From: Gammaproteobacteria bacterium
GTDB lineage: Bacteria; Pseudomonadota; Gammaproteobacteria; JBCCGL01
Assembly (NCBI GenBank): GCA_965277715.1
Contig: OZ255836.1
Coordinates: forward strand, 704,001 to 768,000
DNA: 64,000 bases
Direction: 5' to 3'
Positions within the stretch are counted from its first letter, which is position 1. Each line of letters opens with the position of its first letter. The notes beneath the pieces are model-generated. The model did no database searches. It had not been told where the DNA came from and worked only from the letters and a program-made list of their open reading frames with translations. Positions 50,953 through 61,119 of the stretch are shown here, piece by piece. Position numbers and translations under genes: made by a program.

Positions 50953-52110
50953 ATGTTGCCGTTAACTGCCAATGTTATGGTGCTCGCCGGAGAGGCGTCC
51001 GGTGACTTGCATGCCGCCCGTATGGTGCAGGCTTTGCAGCAATGCGGCCAGGATATTCGCCTGCGCGGCATGGGAAGTGATCAGCTACGTGCCGTCGGCG
51101 TCGACTTACTCTTCGACTGCAAAAGCATCGCTGTCGTAGGTTTATTTGAAATACTCAGACACTGGCCGCAAATCAAACGTGCGCTGCACACCATCGAAGC
51201 GGCCATTGTGGAAGACCCGCCCGATTTATTGATATTGGTCGATTATGTCGAATTTAATCTACGTATGGCCGCTGTTGCCAAACGGCTGGGGGTTAAAGTG
51301 TTGTTCTACGTCAGCCCACAAATTTGGGCGTGGCGACCTGAGCGTATCAACAAAATTGGCACCCTGGTTGACATGATGGCGGTGATATTTCCCTTTGAAG
51401 TCAGCTATTACCAGCGTGCGAAGATTCCGGTTCGCTATGTTGGGCACCCCTTGAGTGGTCATGTTATGCCAGGCTGTTCTCGCGATGCGTTTATGCGTGA
51501 GCACAACATCCCCTCAGAAAAAAAAATTATTGGCCTGTTACCTGGCAGTCGTGCCAGTGAAATTCGCTATATCTTACCCGTATTGCTCGATACGGCGCGT
51601 TGCCTTAATCGCAATAGAGACGATATTGTTTTTGCCCTGCCACTGGCACCTAGCTTATCCCAGAGCGATATTGAACAATATATAAACAAGAGCGGTATAA
51701 AGAATATACTGTTGTTGGATGGCCGGGCCTACGATGTGATGCACTGTGCCGATAGCATCGCTATCGCCTCTGGCACCGCCACGCTTGAAGCGGCAATAAT
51801 CGGTGTGCCAATGGCCATAGTGTACAAAGTCAATGCACTGTCCTGGTTATGGATGAAACGCAAGCTGCAAATTGCACACGTCGGCCTGGCAAATATTGTC
51901 GCACAACGTGAAATTGTGCCCGAGTTTATTCAAACGAACTGTCGGGGAGAACTGATCGCCAAAGAGATCACCCGCCAATTGGACGAATCTGGTTACCGGA
52001 ATACCATGCTAAAGGCCCTGTCATCGGTCAGTACTTTATTGGGTGGCAAGGATACGGCGCAGGAAGTTGCGGCGTTAGTACTGGATATGTTGAAGGGATG
52101 TGAAGGGTGA
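50953..52110 (+). CDS. lpxB: Lipid-A-disaccharide synthase
   Basis: AGEASGD, YVSPQIWAWR, LLPGSR, SGTATLE. Confidence 0.98.
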   Translation: MLPLTANVMVLAGEASGDLHAARMVQALQQCGQDIRLRGMGSDQLRAVGVDLLFDCKSIAVVGLFEILRHWPQIKRALHTIEAAIVEDPPDLLILVDYVEFNLRMAAVAKRLGVKVLFYVSPQIWAWRPERINKIGTLVDMMAVIFPFEVSYYQRAKIPVRYVGHPLSGHVMPGCSRDAFMREHNIPSEKKIIGLLPGSRASEIRYILPVLLDTARCLNRNRDDIVFALPLAPSLSQSDIEQYINKSGIKNILLLDGRAYDVMHCADSIAIASGTATLEAAIIGVPMAIVYKVNALSWLWMKRKLQIAHVGLANIVAQREIVPEFIQTNCRGELIAKEITRQLDESGYRNTMLKALSSVSTLLGGKDTAQEVAALVLDMLKGCEG

Positions 52111-52129
52111 AGGGGGAGACAATGCGCTT

Positions 52130-52462
52130 TTATGGTTTCCATAGGAGTTCGTCCAGTGATTCGTGCCAGCCAAATCGATTCAATGATACTTTTCCGCCGA
52201 TAAACGCTACGCCTTCTTGAGTCAGTAATTTCTTTTGTAGTGCGTATTGTTCAGAATCTACCGGAAACGCCGATTCACCTTTCGCATTGACTATCCGGTG
52301 CCAGGGAAGGCGCATATGATCGGGCGTATGGCGCAATGCATAGCCGACTAAACGGGCGTGCCGGGGCAGGCCAACCATAGCCGCTATTTGCCCGTAAGTT
52401 GCGACGCTTCCATAGGGCACTTCGCCGATTTTGGCCCAGATTTTTTCATATTCAGCCTGCAT
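52130..52462 (-). CDS. atl: Alkyltransferase-like protein (ATL/YbaZ)
   Basis: TYGQIA, ARLVG, PWHR (Trp replacing the catalytic Cys). Confidence 0.88.
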   Translation of the reverse strand: MQAEYEKIWAKIGEVPYGSVATYGQIAAMVGLPRHARLVGYALRHTPDHMRLPWHRIVNAKGESAFPVDSEQYALQKKLLTQEGVAFIGGKVSLNRFGWHESLDELLWKP

Positions 52463-52478
52463 AGTTATATCTGACTAT

Positions 52479-53033
52479 CTATGTGTCAAAACGCGGTGTT
52501 AATGTGGCCAGAAAATGGCCCAGGTCGTTAGCAATAATGCGCTCGACTTTACTCCCGGCCTGTTCCAGTACAACCTCACCTGATTGATTGTCGATGGCCA
52601 GGCAATATTCACTTTCAGGTAGGGTAGTGGCAAAAAATACGGTGAAAGGGAGTTTTTGTTTGCGTTGCTGTAGAGCATGACCAATGATATTGCGCTGCAA
52701 ATTGTCATAATCATCCAGGTTCCAGATGCCGATTAAATTGAGGTCACCGTCAGATGATGTCGCTCCCAGTGTTGGAAACCAAAACTGACCGTAGTAAGTT
52801 TTAATATCGGGGTGCAGGGTGACTTCCAGTGCGCGTTCAAGCCCGTCAAATGATGTATGACTCTGGGGGGTTATCTGCCAGGTGATCTGGCCCTGATCAT
52901 CTGCTGTGCCGGTTTCACAGAGCGAGCGCCAATCTGGATCATAGTCAACGCGCGCAGGCGAATTGAAGCGGTTGATATGGTGTTGCTGGTAGTCGTGAAG
53001 AAATTGTTTAAGTGAGGTAGCCGTCGTAGTCAC
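52479..53033 (-). CDS. syd: SecY-interacting protein Syd
   Basis: YDPDWRSLC, LERALE..LHPD, WN..D..LQ.NIIGH..QRK.KL..TVF. Confidence 0.88.
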   Translation of the reverse strand: MTTTATSLKQFLHDYQQHHINRFNSPARVDYDPDWRSLCETGTADDQGQITWQITPQSHTSFDGLERALEVTLHPDIKTYYGQFWFPTLGATSSDGDLNLIGIWNLDDYDNLQRNIIGHALQQRKQKLPFTVFFATTLPESEYCLAIDNQSGEVVLEQAGSKVERIIANDLGHFLATLTPRFDT

Positions 53034-53081
53034 ATTTTATTCGCGGTGAAAACACAGCGTACAGTTTACATGAAACCAGGA

Positions 53082-54800
53082 CTATTCAGTATCGCCTCTT
53101 AGTGCACGAAATAAACCGATAAGCAGTAATAGCACCGACAGACTGCCGATTGATATTATGCCGCCGCCACCACCGCCACCACTGCTACTACTGTTGCTGC
53201 TACTTGTATTATTGGATGGGCTGGTAGCCGCTGGCTGTGTATCCTGCAGGCGGATAGTAATGTTTGTACTACTGGATGTTGCCATACCATCTGAGACAGT
53301 CACGCCGAGGGTAAATTCTGGTGTTTCGTCAATATCCAGTAGTTGGTTGTTAGCGATGGATAACTCACCTGTTTGTGGGTTAATGTTGATGGCCTGTTGC
53401 AGCGCCCCGCTGTCGATGTTGAATCCACTTAACGGGTCATTATTAAAATCATTTGCCTGCACAATGCCTATTACAGTGCCATTTGAACTGAGGTGATAAA
53501 CATCAAATACCTGGCCGGTAGTAATGATGGGTGCAAAATTCGCCGAATTAATAATAACCTCAGCACTGTCGGCGTTGTTGCTACTGTTGGTATCCAAAGC
53601 GATATTGTTAACATGTGCTGTGAGCACCAGGGGCAGACCATTCGGTGGTGCAGATAAAAATATATCGAGGCTGGTATTGGCACTTCCAGATAACAGATTG
53701 CGTTCGCAGATAACGTACCCGGATATAGGCAGGCAATACCACTGGTCACCATCACCATTTAGATACACACTATCTTCGGGAATAGGCATTATCAGCGTCA
53801 CCTCGCGTGCGCTAACACCCTGTAAATTGGTGATATGTGCCGATAGGGTGATCATTTCACCGGGATTGACCAGTGACGGCGTAACCTGTAAGGCCAATGA
53901 TAAATCAGTGGCATAGAGTAGCTCCAAAGCTTGTGAATCACCACTGCTAAGGCTAATTCGCTGACCGATGATGGCATTGGAAGGGTTGATTGGTGTAATC
54001 GTAGGGCTGCCGTTACTGGAAAAGAAAAACCGACCATAGTGCATGATAGAATCATAATCGTAGTTGCCAATATCGGCTGCATTGGAGAGCTGTTGCTGAA
54101 AATTGATTTCGGCGCCGCTGGTAATATTTTCCCAGTGAACGGTAATATAGCTGTTACGGTCACTGCGTGACTGCTCATGGTAGAGTCCCAACGCGTGGCC
54201 TATTTCGTGAATAATATTGCCTGTCGAACAACTATCGGCAAGCCAGATATTTTGTCGGCCACCCTGTTTACCGATAAATGATGCACACCCTGTCGACGGG
54301 ATAAATTCTATAAAGTCGGGGTATTGTGAGGCGTTAGTAGCTGTTCGCTCAATGAAGGTCATCGAGGTTCTACTCTCGATATGATCGATAGCGGTAGCGA
54401 TGCGTTGAGGGATAGGCCCACCAACAAGGCCGCTGTCGATCTGGTATGGCATGATATTTTCCCGCCATACAGAACCAATACTGGTCACCGCGATAGCCTG
54501 TGCGAAAAGATCCGGGTCGAGGCCATCAAATTGACTATTCAATTGTGCAGCGGTACCCAACACAATATCGCCTTCGACAACTGCCATTTCGTCGACAACA
54601 GTATAAATAACCGATGTTGTTTTACCCGTATTGGCGTGCCTCACCCAACCCTGGTTACTGACACCGGTCCCCCCATTGGCGAATTGCTCTGCGCTGGCAT
54701 CACTCGGCGATTCTGTTGCGTGAGCGCCCGTTATAAAGCAACCCAAAAGTAACGATACAGAAGACCACGCAAATTTGCGCATAAAAAACAACACCATCAA
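53082..54800 (-). CDS. Astacin (M12A) metalloprotease with DUF11-like and cadherin-like domains and GlyGly-CTERM anchor
   Basis: VEGDI propeptide, HEIGHALGLYHEQSR.DR, SIMHY Met-turn; Ser/Gly tract + TM + basic tail. Confidence 0.9.
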   Translation of the reverse strand: MMVLFFMRKFAWSSVSLLLGCFITGAHATESPSDASAEQFANGGTGVSNQGWVRHANTGKTTSVIYTVVDEMAVVEGDIVLGTAAQLNSQFDGLDPDLFAQAIAVTSIGSVWRENIMPYQIDSGLVGGPIPQRIATAIDHIESRTSMTFIERTATNASQYPDFIEFIPSTGCASFIGKQGGRQNIWLADSCSTGNIIHEIGHALGLYHEQSRSDRNSYITVHWENITSGAEINFQQQLSNAADIGNYDYDSIMHYGRFFFSSNGSPTITPINPSNAIIGQRISLSSGDSQALELLYATDLSLALQVTPSLVNPGEMITLSAHITNLQGVSAREVTLIMPIPEDSVYLNGDGDQWYCLPISGYVICERNLLSGSANTSLDIFLSAPPNGLPLVLTAHVNNIALDTNSSNNADSAEVIINSANFAPIITTGQVFDVYHLSSNGTVIGIVQANDFNNDPLSGFNIDSGALQQAININPQTGELSIANNQLLDIDETPEFTLGVTVSDGMATSSSTNITIRLQDTQPAATSPSNNTSSSNSSSSGGGGGGGIISIGSLSVLLLLIGLFRALRGDTE

Positions 54801-55073
54801 GTGACTCTTTGTATCTATCGTCCTCTCTGGTATTTTCTTTAGCGTTTAGTACTGATTACGAGCGGATAACTGGTATTGGCCACGCGTAGCACAGCTAAAT
54901 AAATATACAATTTACTTTATATAAACATAGTAATTTTTTGAAAAAATTAAAAATGTAAACATTTGGCAATATAGCCATTTAACAATACAACAAGCGATTA
55001 ATTTTCCCTCTGGCAGGTGAGCTTTTTTACCAGGTATTGTAAGCTGTATACACATCGCCGGATAATTGTACTT

Positions 55074-55715
55074 ATGTGCCAATTTAATCAGCCCCCCCAC
55101 CTTTTGATTGCAGGTGTCGATGAAGCGGGGCGCGGGCCACTCGCGGGGCCAGTAGTGGCGGCGGCGGTGATACTCAACCCGGCTGCGCCGATTGAAGGGC
55201 TTGCCGATTCAAAAAAAATATCAGAAAAACGTCGTAACACATTGAACCAAGTAATAAAGAATCAATCGTCTGCCTGGTCTATCGGCATTGCCAGTGTGGC
55301 TGAAATTGATCAATTGAATATTCTATGGGCTTCCATGTTGGCGATGCAGCGCGCTGTGGCGGGGCTGTCAATACGGGCCGATTGGGTGAAGGTCGATGGT
55401 AACCGTTGCCCGGATATTGATATAGAATGCGAAGCGATTATCGGTGGTGATGCGCGGGTGGCGGAAATCAGCGCTGCGTCCATCGTCGCCAAGGTCGAGC
55501 GCGACAGATTGATGTATCTACTGCACACCGACTATCCCGACTATGGGTTTGATCGGCACAAAGGTTATCCCACACGTGCGCATCGCCAGGCGCTTTATGA
55601 TTTTGGCGTAACCCCTCATCACCGTAGCAGTTTTTCACCGGTCAACCAGATCATCGAGCAATCCACCCCTACACGCCAACAGACAATACCCCAACCGACA
55701 AAGGCCACAGAATAA
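55074..55715 (+). CDS. rnhB: Ribonuclease HII
   Basis: [24 protein letters not shown]. Confidence 0.98.
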   Translation: MCQFNQPPHLLIAGVDEAGRGPLAGPVVAAAVILNPAAPIEGLADSKKISEKRRNTLNQVIKNQSSAWSIGIASVAEIDQLNILWASMLAMQRAVAGLSIRADWVKVDGNRCPDIDIECEAIIGGDARVAEISAASIVAKVERDRLMYLLHTDYPDYGFDRHKGYPTRAHRQALYDFGVTPHHRSSFSPVNQIIEQSTPTRQQTIPQPTKATE

Positions 55716-55719
55716 TACG

Positions 55720-58700
55720 ATGGAAGCACGCTTCGTTCACTTGCATGTACACACAGGCTATTCACTGGTCGACAGTGTGATGCGCATCAAGCCTCTGATG
55801 CAGGCGGTTGCCCGTGACGCCCCCGCCGTGGCGTTGACAGACCTCAGCAATATGTTTGCCATGGTCAAGTTTTACCGTGCGGCAATTGCCGCCGGAGTGA
55901 AACCACTGATTGGCGTCGAAGTATGGGTGGCCGGGGAAGAACCCGCCGCCATACCGGACCGCATGGTGTTGTTATGCCAGAATGATACAGGTTATCGCCA
56001 TGTGACCGAATTGGTTTCACGCAGCTATCAGGAAGGGCAGATCAATGGTCGTGCGGTTGTACAAAAAGCCTGGTTCAGTGGCAAGACCGAGGGCGTGATT
56101 GCACTTTCAGGTGCGCGTTTTGGCGATGTGGGCAAAGCGATTCTCGCCGGTAACCGTGAAGATGCGCTAAAAAGACTGGCCGCCTGGATGGGGCTGTTCC
56201 CGGACCGTTTCTACCTCGAATTGCAGCGCACAGGGCGCGACAGTGAAGAGATGTACCTGCGAGGTGCAATGGCGCTTGGCAATATCATGCAGTGCCCGGT
56301 GGTAGCGACTAACGATGTCCGCTTTATTGAGTCGAGCGATTTTGAGGCACACGAGGCACGCGTCTGTATCCACGAAGGACGTACCCTGACCGACCCCCGC
56401 CGCCCCCACAACTACAGCAATCAACAATACCTGCGTTCCAGCGACGAAATGTTGCAGCTGTTTGCCGATATTCCCGAAGCCCTGCGCAATTCAGTTGAAA
56501 TTGCCAAACGCTGCAACTTGCATATTACTCTGGGAGAATCGGTGTTACCCGATTTCCCCGTGCCCCAGGGTATGACTGAAAGCGATTATTTTCGACAGCA
56601 GGCACAAGCCGGTCTGGAGCAACGTTTGATAGAATTGTTTGATACAAAATCAAATAATTTCAATGAATTAAGAGTTAATTATGATAAAAGACTTGAAGAA
56701 GAGCTTAACGTCATCCTCTCTATGGGGTTCCCCGGCTACTTTCTGATTGTCGCCGATTTTATCGATTGGGCGCGCAACAACGATGTCCCGGTGGGGCCGG
56801 GGCGTGGTTCTGGCGCGGGTTCACTGGTGGCCTACGCCCTGCGCATTACCGACCTGGACCCACTCGAATACGACTTGCTGTTTGAACGCTTTCTCAACCC
56901 TGAGCGCGTTTCCCTGCCAGACTTTGATGTGGATTTCTGCATGGAGGGCCGCGATCGTGTCATCAACTATGTATCAGAGAAATACGGCGTTGAGAGAGTT
57001 TCACAAATTATCACCTACGGCTCGATGGCCGCCAAGGCGGTGGTGCGTGATGTCGGCCGGGCTTTAGGCCACCCTTACGGGTTTGTCGACAGCATTGCCA
57101 AACAAGTGCCCTTTGAACTGGGCATGACATTGGGAAAGGCACTGCGCGAATCTGAAGACCTAAAATCCAGCTACGACACCAATGACGAAGTGCACGCGCT
57201 CATTGACCTTGCGCTGTCGTTGGAAGGCCTGCCGCGCAATGCGGGCAAACACGCGGGTGGCGTGGTGATCGCACCCTCCCGCTTGACCGATTTTGCCCCG
57301 CTCTATTGCGAGGCAGATGGTGCGGGTCTGGTAACGCAATTCGATAAGGACGATGTCGAATCTGTCGGTTTGGTCAAGTTCGATTTTTTGGGGTTGCGCA
57401 CCCTCACCATCATCGATAAAGCGATGAAAACGATTAACGCCGACAAAGCCGCCGGGCACACTATCGACATCAACCGCGTGCCATTAAACGATGCCAAAAC
57501 CTTTGCACTGTTGCAGCGCTACGAAACAACGGCTGTGTTTCAGCTTGAGTCACGCGGCATGAAAGATCTGATAAAACGCCTGCAACCGGATTGCTTTGAA
57601 GACATTATCGCCCTGGTTGCCCTGTTTCGGCCGGGGCCACTGCAATCTGGCATGGTCGATGACTTTATCGTACGCAAGAAAAACGAACGCAAAGGGGATA
57701 CCGGCAAGGTCGATTACCTGCACCCCAGCCTGGAGCAGGTACTCAAGCCCACCTATGGGGTGATTCTGTACCAGGAACAGGTCATGCAGATTGCCCAGGT
57801 ATTATCCGGCTATACCCTCGGCGGTGCCGATATGCTGCGCCGGGCGATGGGCAAGAAAAAGCCGGAAGTGATGGCACAGATGCGCAGCTCATTTGTGGAG
57901 GGTGCGATTGACAATGGCGTCGAGGGTGGCGAAGCGGGGCACATCTTTGACCTGATCGAAAAATTTGCCGGTTATGGCTTTAACAAATCGCACTCGGCCG
58001 CTTACGCCCTGCTGTCTTACCAAACAGCCTGGTTAAAGGCGCACTATCCCGCTGAATTTATGTGCGCGGTACTGTCAGCCGATATGGACAACACCGACAA
58101 AGTGGTGACCTTAATTGACGAGTGCCAGCACATGGGGTTGAGCATTGTACCGCCCGACGTCAACACCTCCGACTTTTCATTTACCGCCGTCAATGCCGAT
58201 ACTGTGCAATATGGCCTCGGTGCGATCAAAGGCATCGGTGAGGCGGCACTGACGCACCTACTCGAAGACCGCAAAGCCAATGGTCACTATCGGGATATGG
58301 ACGATTTTTGTCGGCGTATGGATCTTGGCCGTGTTAACAAACGCGTTATGGAGGCGCTGGTACGCTCGGGTGGTATGGATAGTCTGGGGGCAAATCGGGC
58401 CACTCTGATGAAACGCCTGCCCGATGCATTAAAAGCGGCCGAGCAGTACCACCACAACCAATCGGCAGGGCAGCATGACCTGTTTGGTGGTGCGTCCACA
58501 GATGAGGTCGTTTTTTCCTCGGCAACCGTTTGTGCAGCGGTGCCCGAATGGCAAGAGGCAATGCGCCTGGATGCCGAGCGGGAAACCCTGGGTCTCTACC
58601 TCACCGGGCACCCTATTGAACAGTTTATCGATGAATTATCTGCCTTCACCCACGGGCGGATTAAAGCGCAGTGTGAAAAAATAGACGATTCAGGTAGTCA

Positions 58701-59247
58701 CTCAGGCAGCCACTCAGGCAATAAGCGCCGTAAACGCGATACCGAGACAGTCGTCGCTGGCCTGGTCATTGCCGTGCGCAGCAAAAACCTCAGTGCTGGC
58801 GGCAAAATGGGCTTTGCCACACTGGATGACCGCAGTGGCCGCCTTGATGTTGTGATTGGTTCTGAGCTCTATGAAACCAGTAGCACCCTGCTGGTCAAAG
58901 ATACGGTACTGGTGGTGTGTGGTGATTTAGGGTACGACGACTTCAGCGGTGGCTACCGCGTGCGCGCCAAACAAATAATGGACATCAACGCAGCGCGGCA
59001 GCGCTTTGCCCGGCAACTGGTAGTGAATGTCGAACAGTCGCTATTTGGCAATGGTTTCCTCGATAAATTCCAGGAGACCATTACACCGTATACCGGTGGT
59101 GACTGCGCTATGGTGGTTCACTACACCAACGATACCGCCCGCGTGCCGCTGGCTTTAGGGGATGCCTGGCGTATTAAGCCGTGTGGTGAGTTGCTGGAAA
59201 AAATTGATGCACTGCATACCCGATGCAGTGCCAGGTTGGTGTATTAA
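55720..59247 (+). CDS. dnaE: DNA polymerase III alpha subunit
   Basis: HLHVH PHP domain, GRGSGAGS, PDFDVDF, YGFNKSH. Confidence 0.99.
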   Translation: MEARFVHLHVHTGYSLVDSVMRIKPLMQAVARDAPAVALTDLSNMFAMVKFYRAAIAAGVKPLIGVEVWVAGEEPAAIPDRMVLLCQNDTGYRHVTELVSRSYQEGQINGRAVVQKAWFSGKTEGVIALSGARFGDVGKAILAGNREDALKRLAAWMGLFPDRFYLELQRTGRDSEEMYLRGAMALGNIMQCPVVATNDVRFIESSDFEAHEARVCIHEGRTLTDPRRPHNYSNQQYLRSSDEMLQLFADIPEALRNSVEIAKRCNLHITLGESVLPDFPVPQGMTESDYFRQQAQAGLEQRLIELFDTKSNNFNELRVNYDKRLEEELNVILSMGFPGYFLIVADFIDWARNNDVPVGPGRGSGAGSLVAYALRITDLDPLEYDLLFERFLNPERVSLPDFDVDFCMEGRDRVINYVSEKYGVERVSQIITYGSMAAKAVVRDVGRALGHPYGFVDSIAKQVPFELGMTLGKALRESEDLKSSYDTNDEVHALIDLALSLEGLPRNAGKHAGGVVIAPSRLTDFAPLYCEADGAGLVTQFDKDDVESVGLVKFDFLGLRTLTIIDKAMKTINADKAAGHTIDINRVPLNDAKTFALLQRYETTAVFQLESRGMKDLIKRLQPDCFEDIIALVALFRPGPLQSGMVDDFIVRKKNERKGDTGKVDYLHPSLEQVLKPTYGVILYQEQVMQIAQVLSGYTLGGADMLRRAMGKKKPEVMAQMRSSFVEGAIDNGVEGGEAGHIFDLIEKFAGYGFNKSHSAAYALLSYQTAWLKAHYPAEFMCAVLSADMDNTDKVVTLIDECQHMGLSIVPPDVNTSDFSFTAVNADTVQYGLGAIKGIGEAALTHLLEDRKANGHYRDMDDFCRRMDLGRVNKRVMEALVRSGGMDSLGANRATLMKRLPDALKAAEQYHHNQSAGQHDLFGGASTDEVVFSSATVCAAVPEWQEAMRLDAERETLGLYLTGHPIEQFIDELSAFTHGRIKAQCEKIDDSGSHSGSHSGNKRRKRDTETVVAGLVIAVRSKNLSAGGKMGFATLDDRSGRLDVVIGSELYETSSTLLVKDTVLVVCGDLGYDDFSGGYRVRAKQIMDINAARQRFARQLVVNVEQSLFGNGFLDKFQETITPYTGGDCAMVVHYTNDTARVPLALGDAWRIKPCGELLEKIDALHTRCSARLVY

Positions 59248-59358
59248 CGCGTCGTTATCCAATATACCGGGGGTTTAGTGGGGCGCTGCAGGAACCTTAA
59301 CAGCAAAACCTCCGTACACCTCTAATCAGCACAAGCACTAAACCCGACAGGCGCTTGT

Positions 59359-59410
59359 TTGACAGTGTATATCGATACCAATATAGTAATACCAATGCTT
59401 TATCGATAAA
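59359..59410 (+). promoter_or_regulatory. vapBC promoter TTGACA-17-TATAGT with two TATCGATA palindromes
   Basis: TTGACA 59359, TATAGT 59382; TATCGATA at 59370 and 59401. Confidence 0.7.
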
Positions 59411-59417
59411 TATAACT

Positions 59418-59624
59418 ATGGTTGCTGTTACCGTTTCACCTAAATTTCAGGTGGTAATTCCCAAAGAGGTCAGAGAATCCATGGGCATTGTACCTGGACA
59501 AAAGGTGCAGATACTAACCTACAACAACTGTATTGAGCTTATACCCATCAAACCGATGGGCAAAATGAGGGGCTTCTTAAGAGGCATCGATGTCGTTATA
59601 GAACGAGACGATGACCGCTTGTGA
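59418..59624 (+). CDS. vapB: AbrB/MazE-type antitoxin
   Basis: VSPKFQVVIPKEVRE.MGI.PGQ; overlaps the PIN gene. Confidence 0.9.
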   Translation: MVAVTVSPKFQVVIPKEVRESMGIVPGQKVQILTYNNCIELIPIKPMGKMRGFLRGIDVVIERDDDRL

Positions 59625-59998
59625 ATGTAGTGGACTCTTCAGCCTGGCTATCTTATTTTGCCGATGATGCCAACGCCGGTATTTTTTCTAATCCTATTGA
59701 AGAGACAGGTAAATTAATTGTCCCCAGCATTACCCTTGTTGAAGTATTTAAATGCCTTTTGCGCCAATCCGAAAAAATGCTTGCTCTGGAAGCTATCGCT
59801 CACATGCAGCAGGGCAGGGTGATCGCGTTAGATGACATTCTGGCAGTTAAGGCGGCACACTATGGTATTGAGTACAAATTGCCTTTGGCAGACAGCATTA
59901 TCTATGCAACAGGGCGTGAGTTTGGCGCATTAATATGGACGCAGGATGCGGATTTTGAACAACTGGAGGGTGTTAGGTACTATAAAAAAAATCCATAG
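59621..59998 (+). CDS. vapC: PIN-domain toxin
   Basis: [27 protein letters not shown]. Confidence 0.92.
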   Translation: MNVVDSSAWLSYFADDANAGIFSNPIEETGKLIVPSITLVEVFKCLLRQSEKMLALEAIAHMQQGRVIALDDILAVKAAHYGIEYKLPLADSIIYATGREFGALIWTQDADFEQLEGVRYYKKNP

Positions 59999-60102
59999 AC
60001 CCGCTTAACAAAGCGCTATCACCACCCTTGTCCCTGCAAAATGTACTATCAGACACCCCCGCAGTGTATCATTGCCACCAAGTCTACTTACAATACTCAA
60101 CC

Positions 60103-61062
60103 ATGAATCCCAATTTCCTCGAATTTGAACAGCCCATCGCCGAACTCCAGGCCAAAATCGAAGCGCTACGCCACGCCAGTGACGACGCCAATATCAATAT
60201 CAATGAGGAAATCGCACGCCTGCAAAGCAAATGCCAATCGCTGACAGACAGCATCTTTGCCGACCTGACCCCCTGGCAAATCTCACAATTGGCACGCCAT
60301 CCACAGCGCCCCTATTCACTCGACTATATCCAACGTATCACCACCGACTTTCAGGTCTTGTGTGGTGATCGTGCCTACGCCGATGACGCCGCGATTGTCG
60401 CCGGGCTGGCGCGTATTGATGGTCGTGCCGTGGCCATCGTCGGTCATCAGAAAGGACGGGATACCAAAGAGAAACTCAAGCGCAACTTTGGTATGCCGCG
60501 CCCGGAAGGCTACCGCAAAGCCTTGCGCATTATGAAAATGGCAGAAAAATTTCATTTGCCGCTGATTACCTTTATCGATACACCGGGCGCCTACCCAGGT
60601 GTCGGTGCAGAAGAGCGTGGCCAGAGCGAGGCGATTGCACGCAATCTATTTGAGATGTCCAGCCTGCGCACGCCGATTATTTGCCTGGTGATTGGCGAGG
60701 GTGGTTCGGGCGGTGCGCTCGCCATCGGCGTCGGTGACCGGGTGATGATGATGGAGTACAGCACCTACTCGGTGATCTCCCCGGAAGGCTGTGCCTCGAT
60801 TTTATGGAAGAGCGCAGAAAAAGCCGCCGATGCCGCCGAGGCAATGGGGATCACCGCCGGTCGGCTGAAACAACTCAACCTGATCGACCATATTATCCCT
60901 GAGCCACTCGGTGGCGCCCACCGTGATATCGATACGGTAGCCGCGTCGATCAAACACGCCCTGCTGGATAACATTGAGCGGCTCAGCGCATTGCCCATTG
61001 ACGAACTGATCGAACAACGCCATAGGCGCCTGTCGTCTTACGGCAATTTCAAATCGACGTAG
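60103..61062 (+). CDS. accA: Acetyl-CoA carboxylase carboxyltransferase alpha
   Basis: [24 protein letters not shown]. Confidence 0.99.
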   Translation: MNPNFLEFEQPIAELQAKIEALRHASDDANININEEIARLQSKCQSLTDSIFADLTPWQISQLARHPQRPYSLDYIQRITTDFQVLCGDRAYADDAAIVAGLARIDGRAVAIVGHQKGRDTKEKLKRNFGMPRPEGYRKALRIMKMAEKFHLPLITFIDTPGAYPGVGAEERGQSEAIARNLFEMSSLRTPIICLVIGEGGSGGALAIGVGDRVMMMEYSTYSVISPEGCASILWKSAEKAADAAEAMGITAGRLKQLNLIDHIIPEPLGGAHRDIDTVAASIKHALLDNIERLSALPIDELIEQRHRRLSSYGNFKST

Positions 61063-61119
61063 CGCCGTGGCGCACCATACATTCGATTAATAAGACATTC
61101 AACGGATTAACCTGGGCCG

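Noticed and set aside
53161-53215. Low-complexity CCG/CTA tract
   Set aside because: Encodes the Ser/Gly linker of the GlyGly-CTERM signal
56662-56690. dif-like TTATGATAAA in dnaE
   Set aside because: No XerC arm, and it lies inside an essential CDS
58690-58719. 12-bp tandem repeat (SGSH) in dnaE
   Set aside because: Small in-frame duplication in a variable linker
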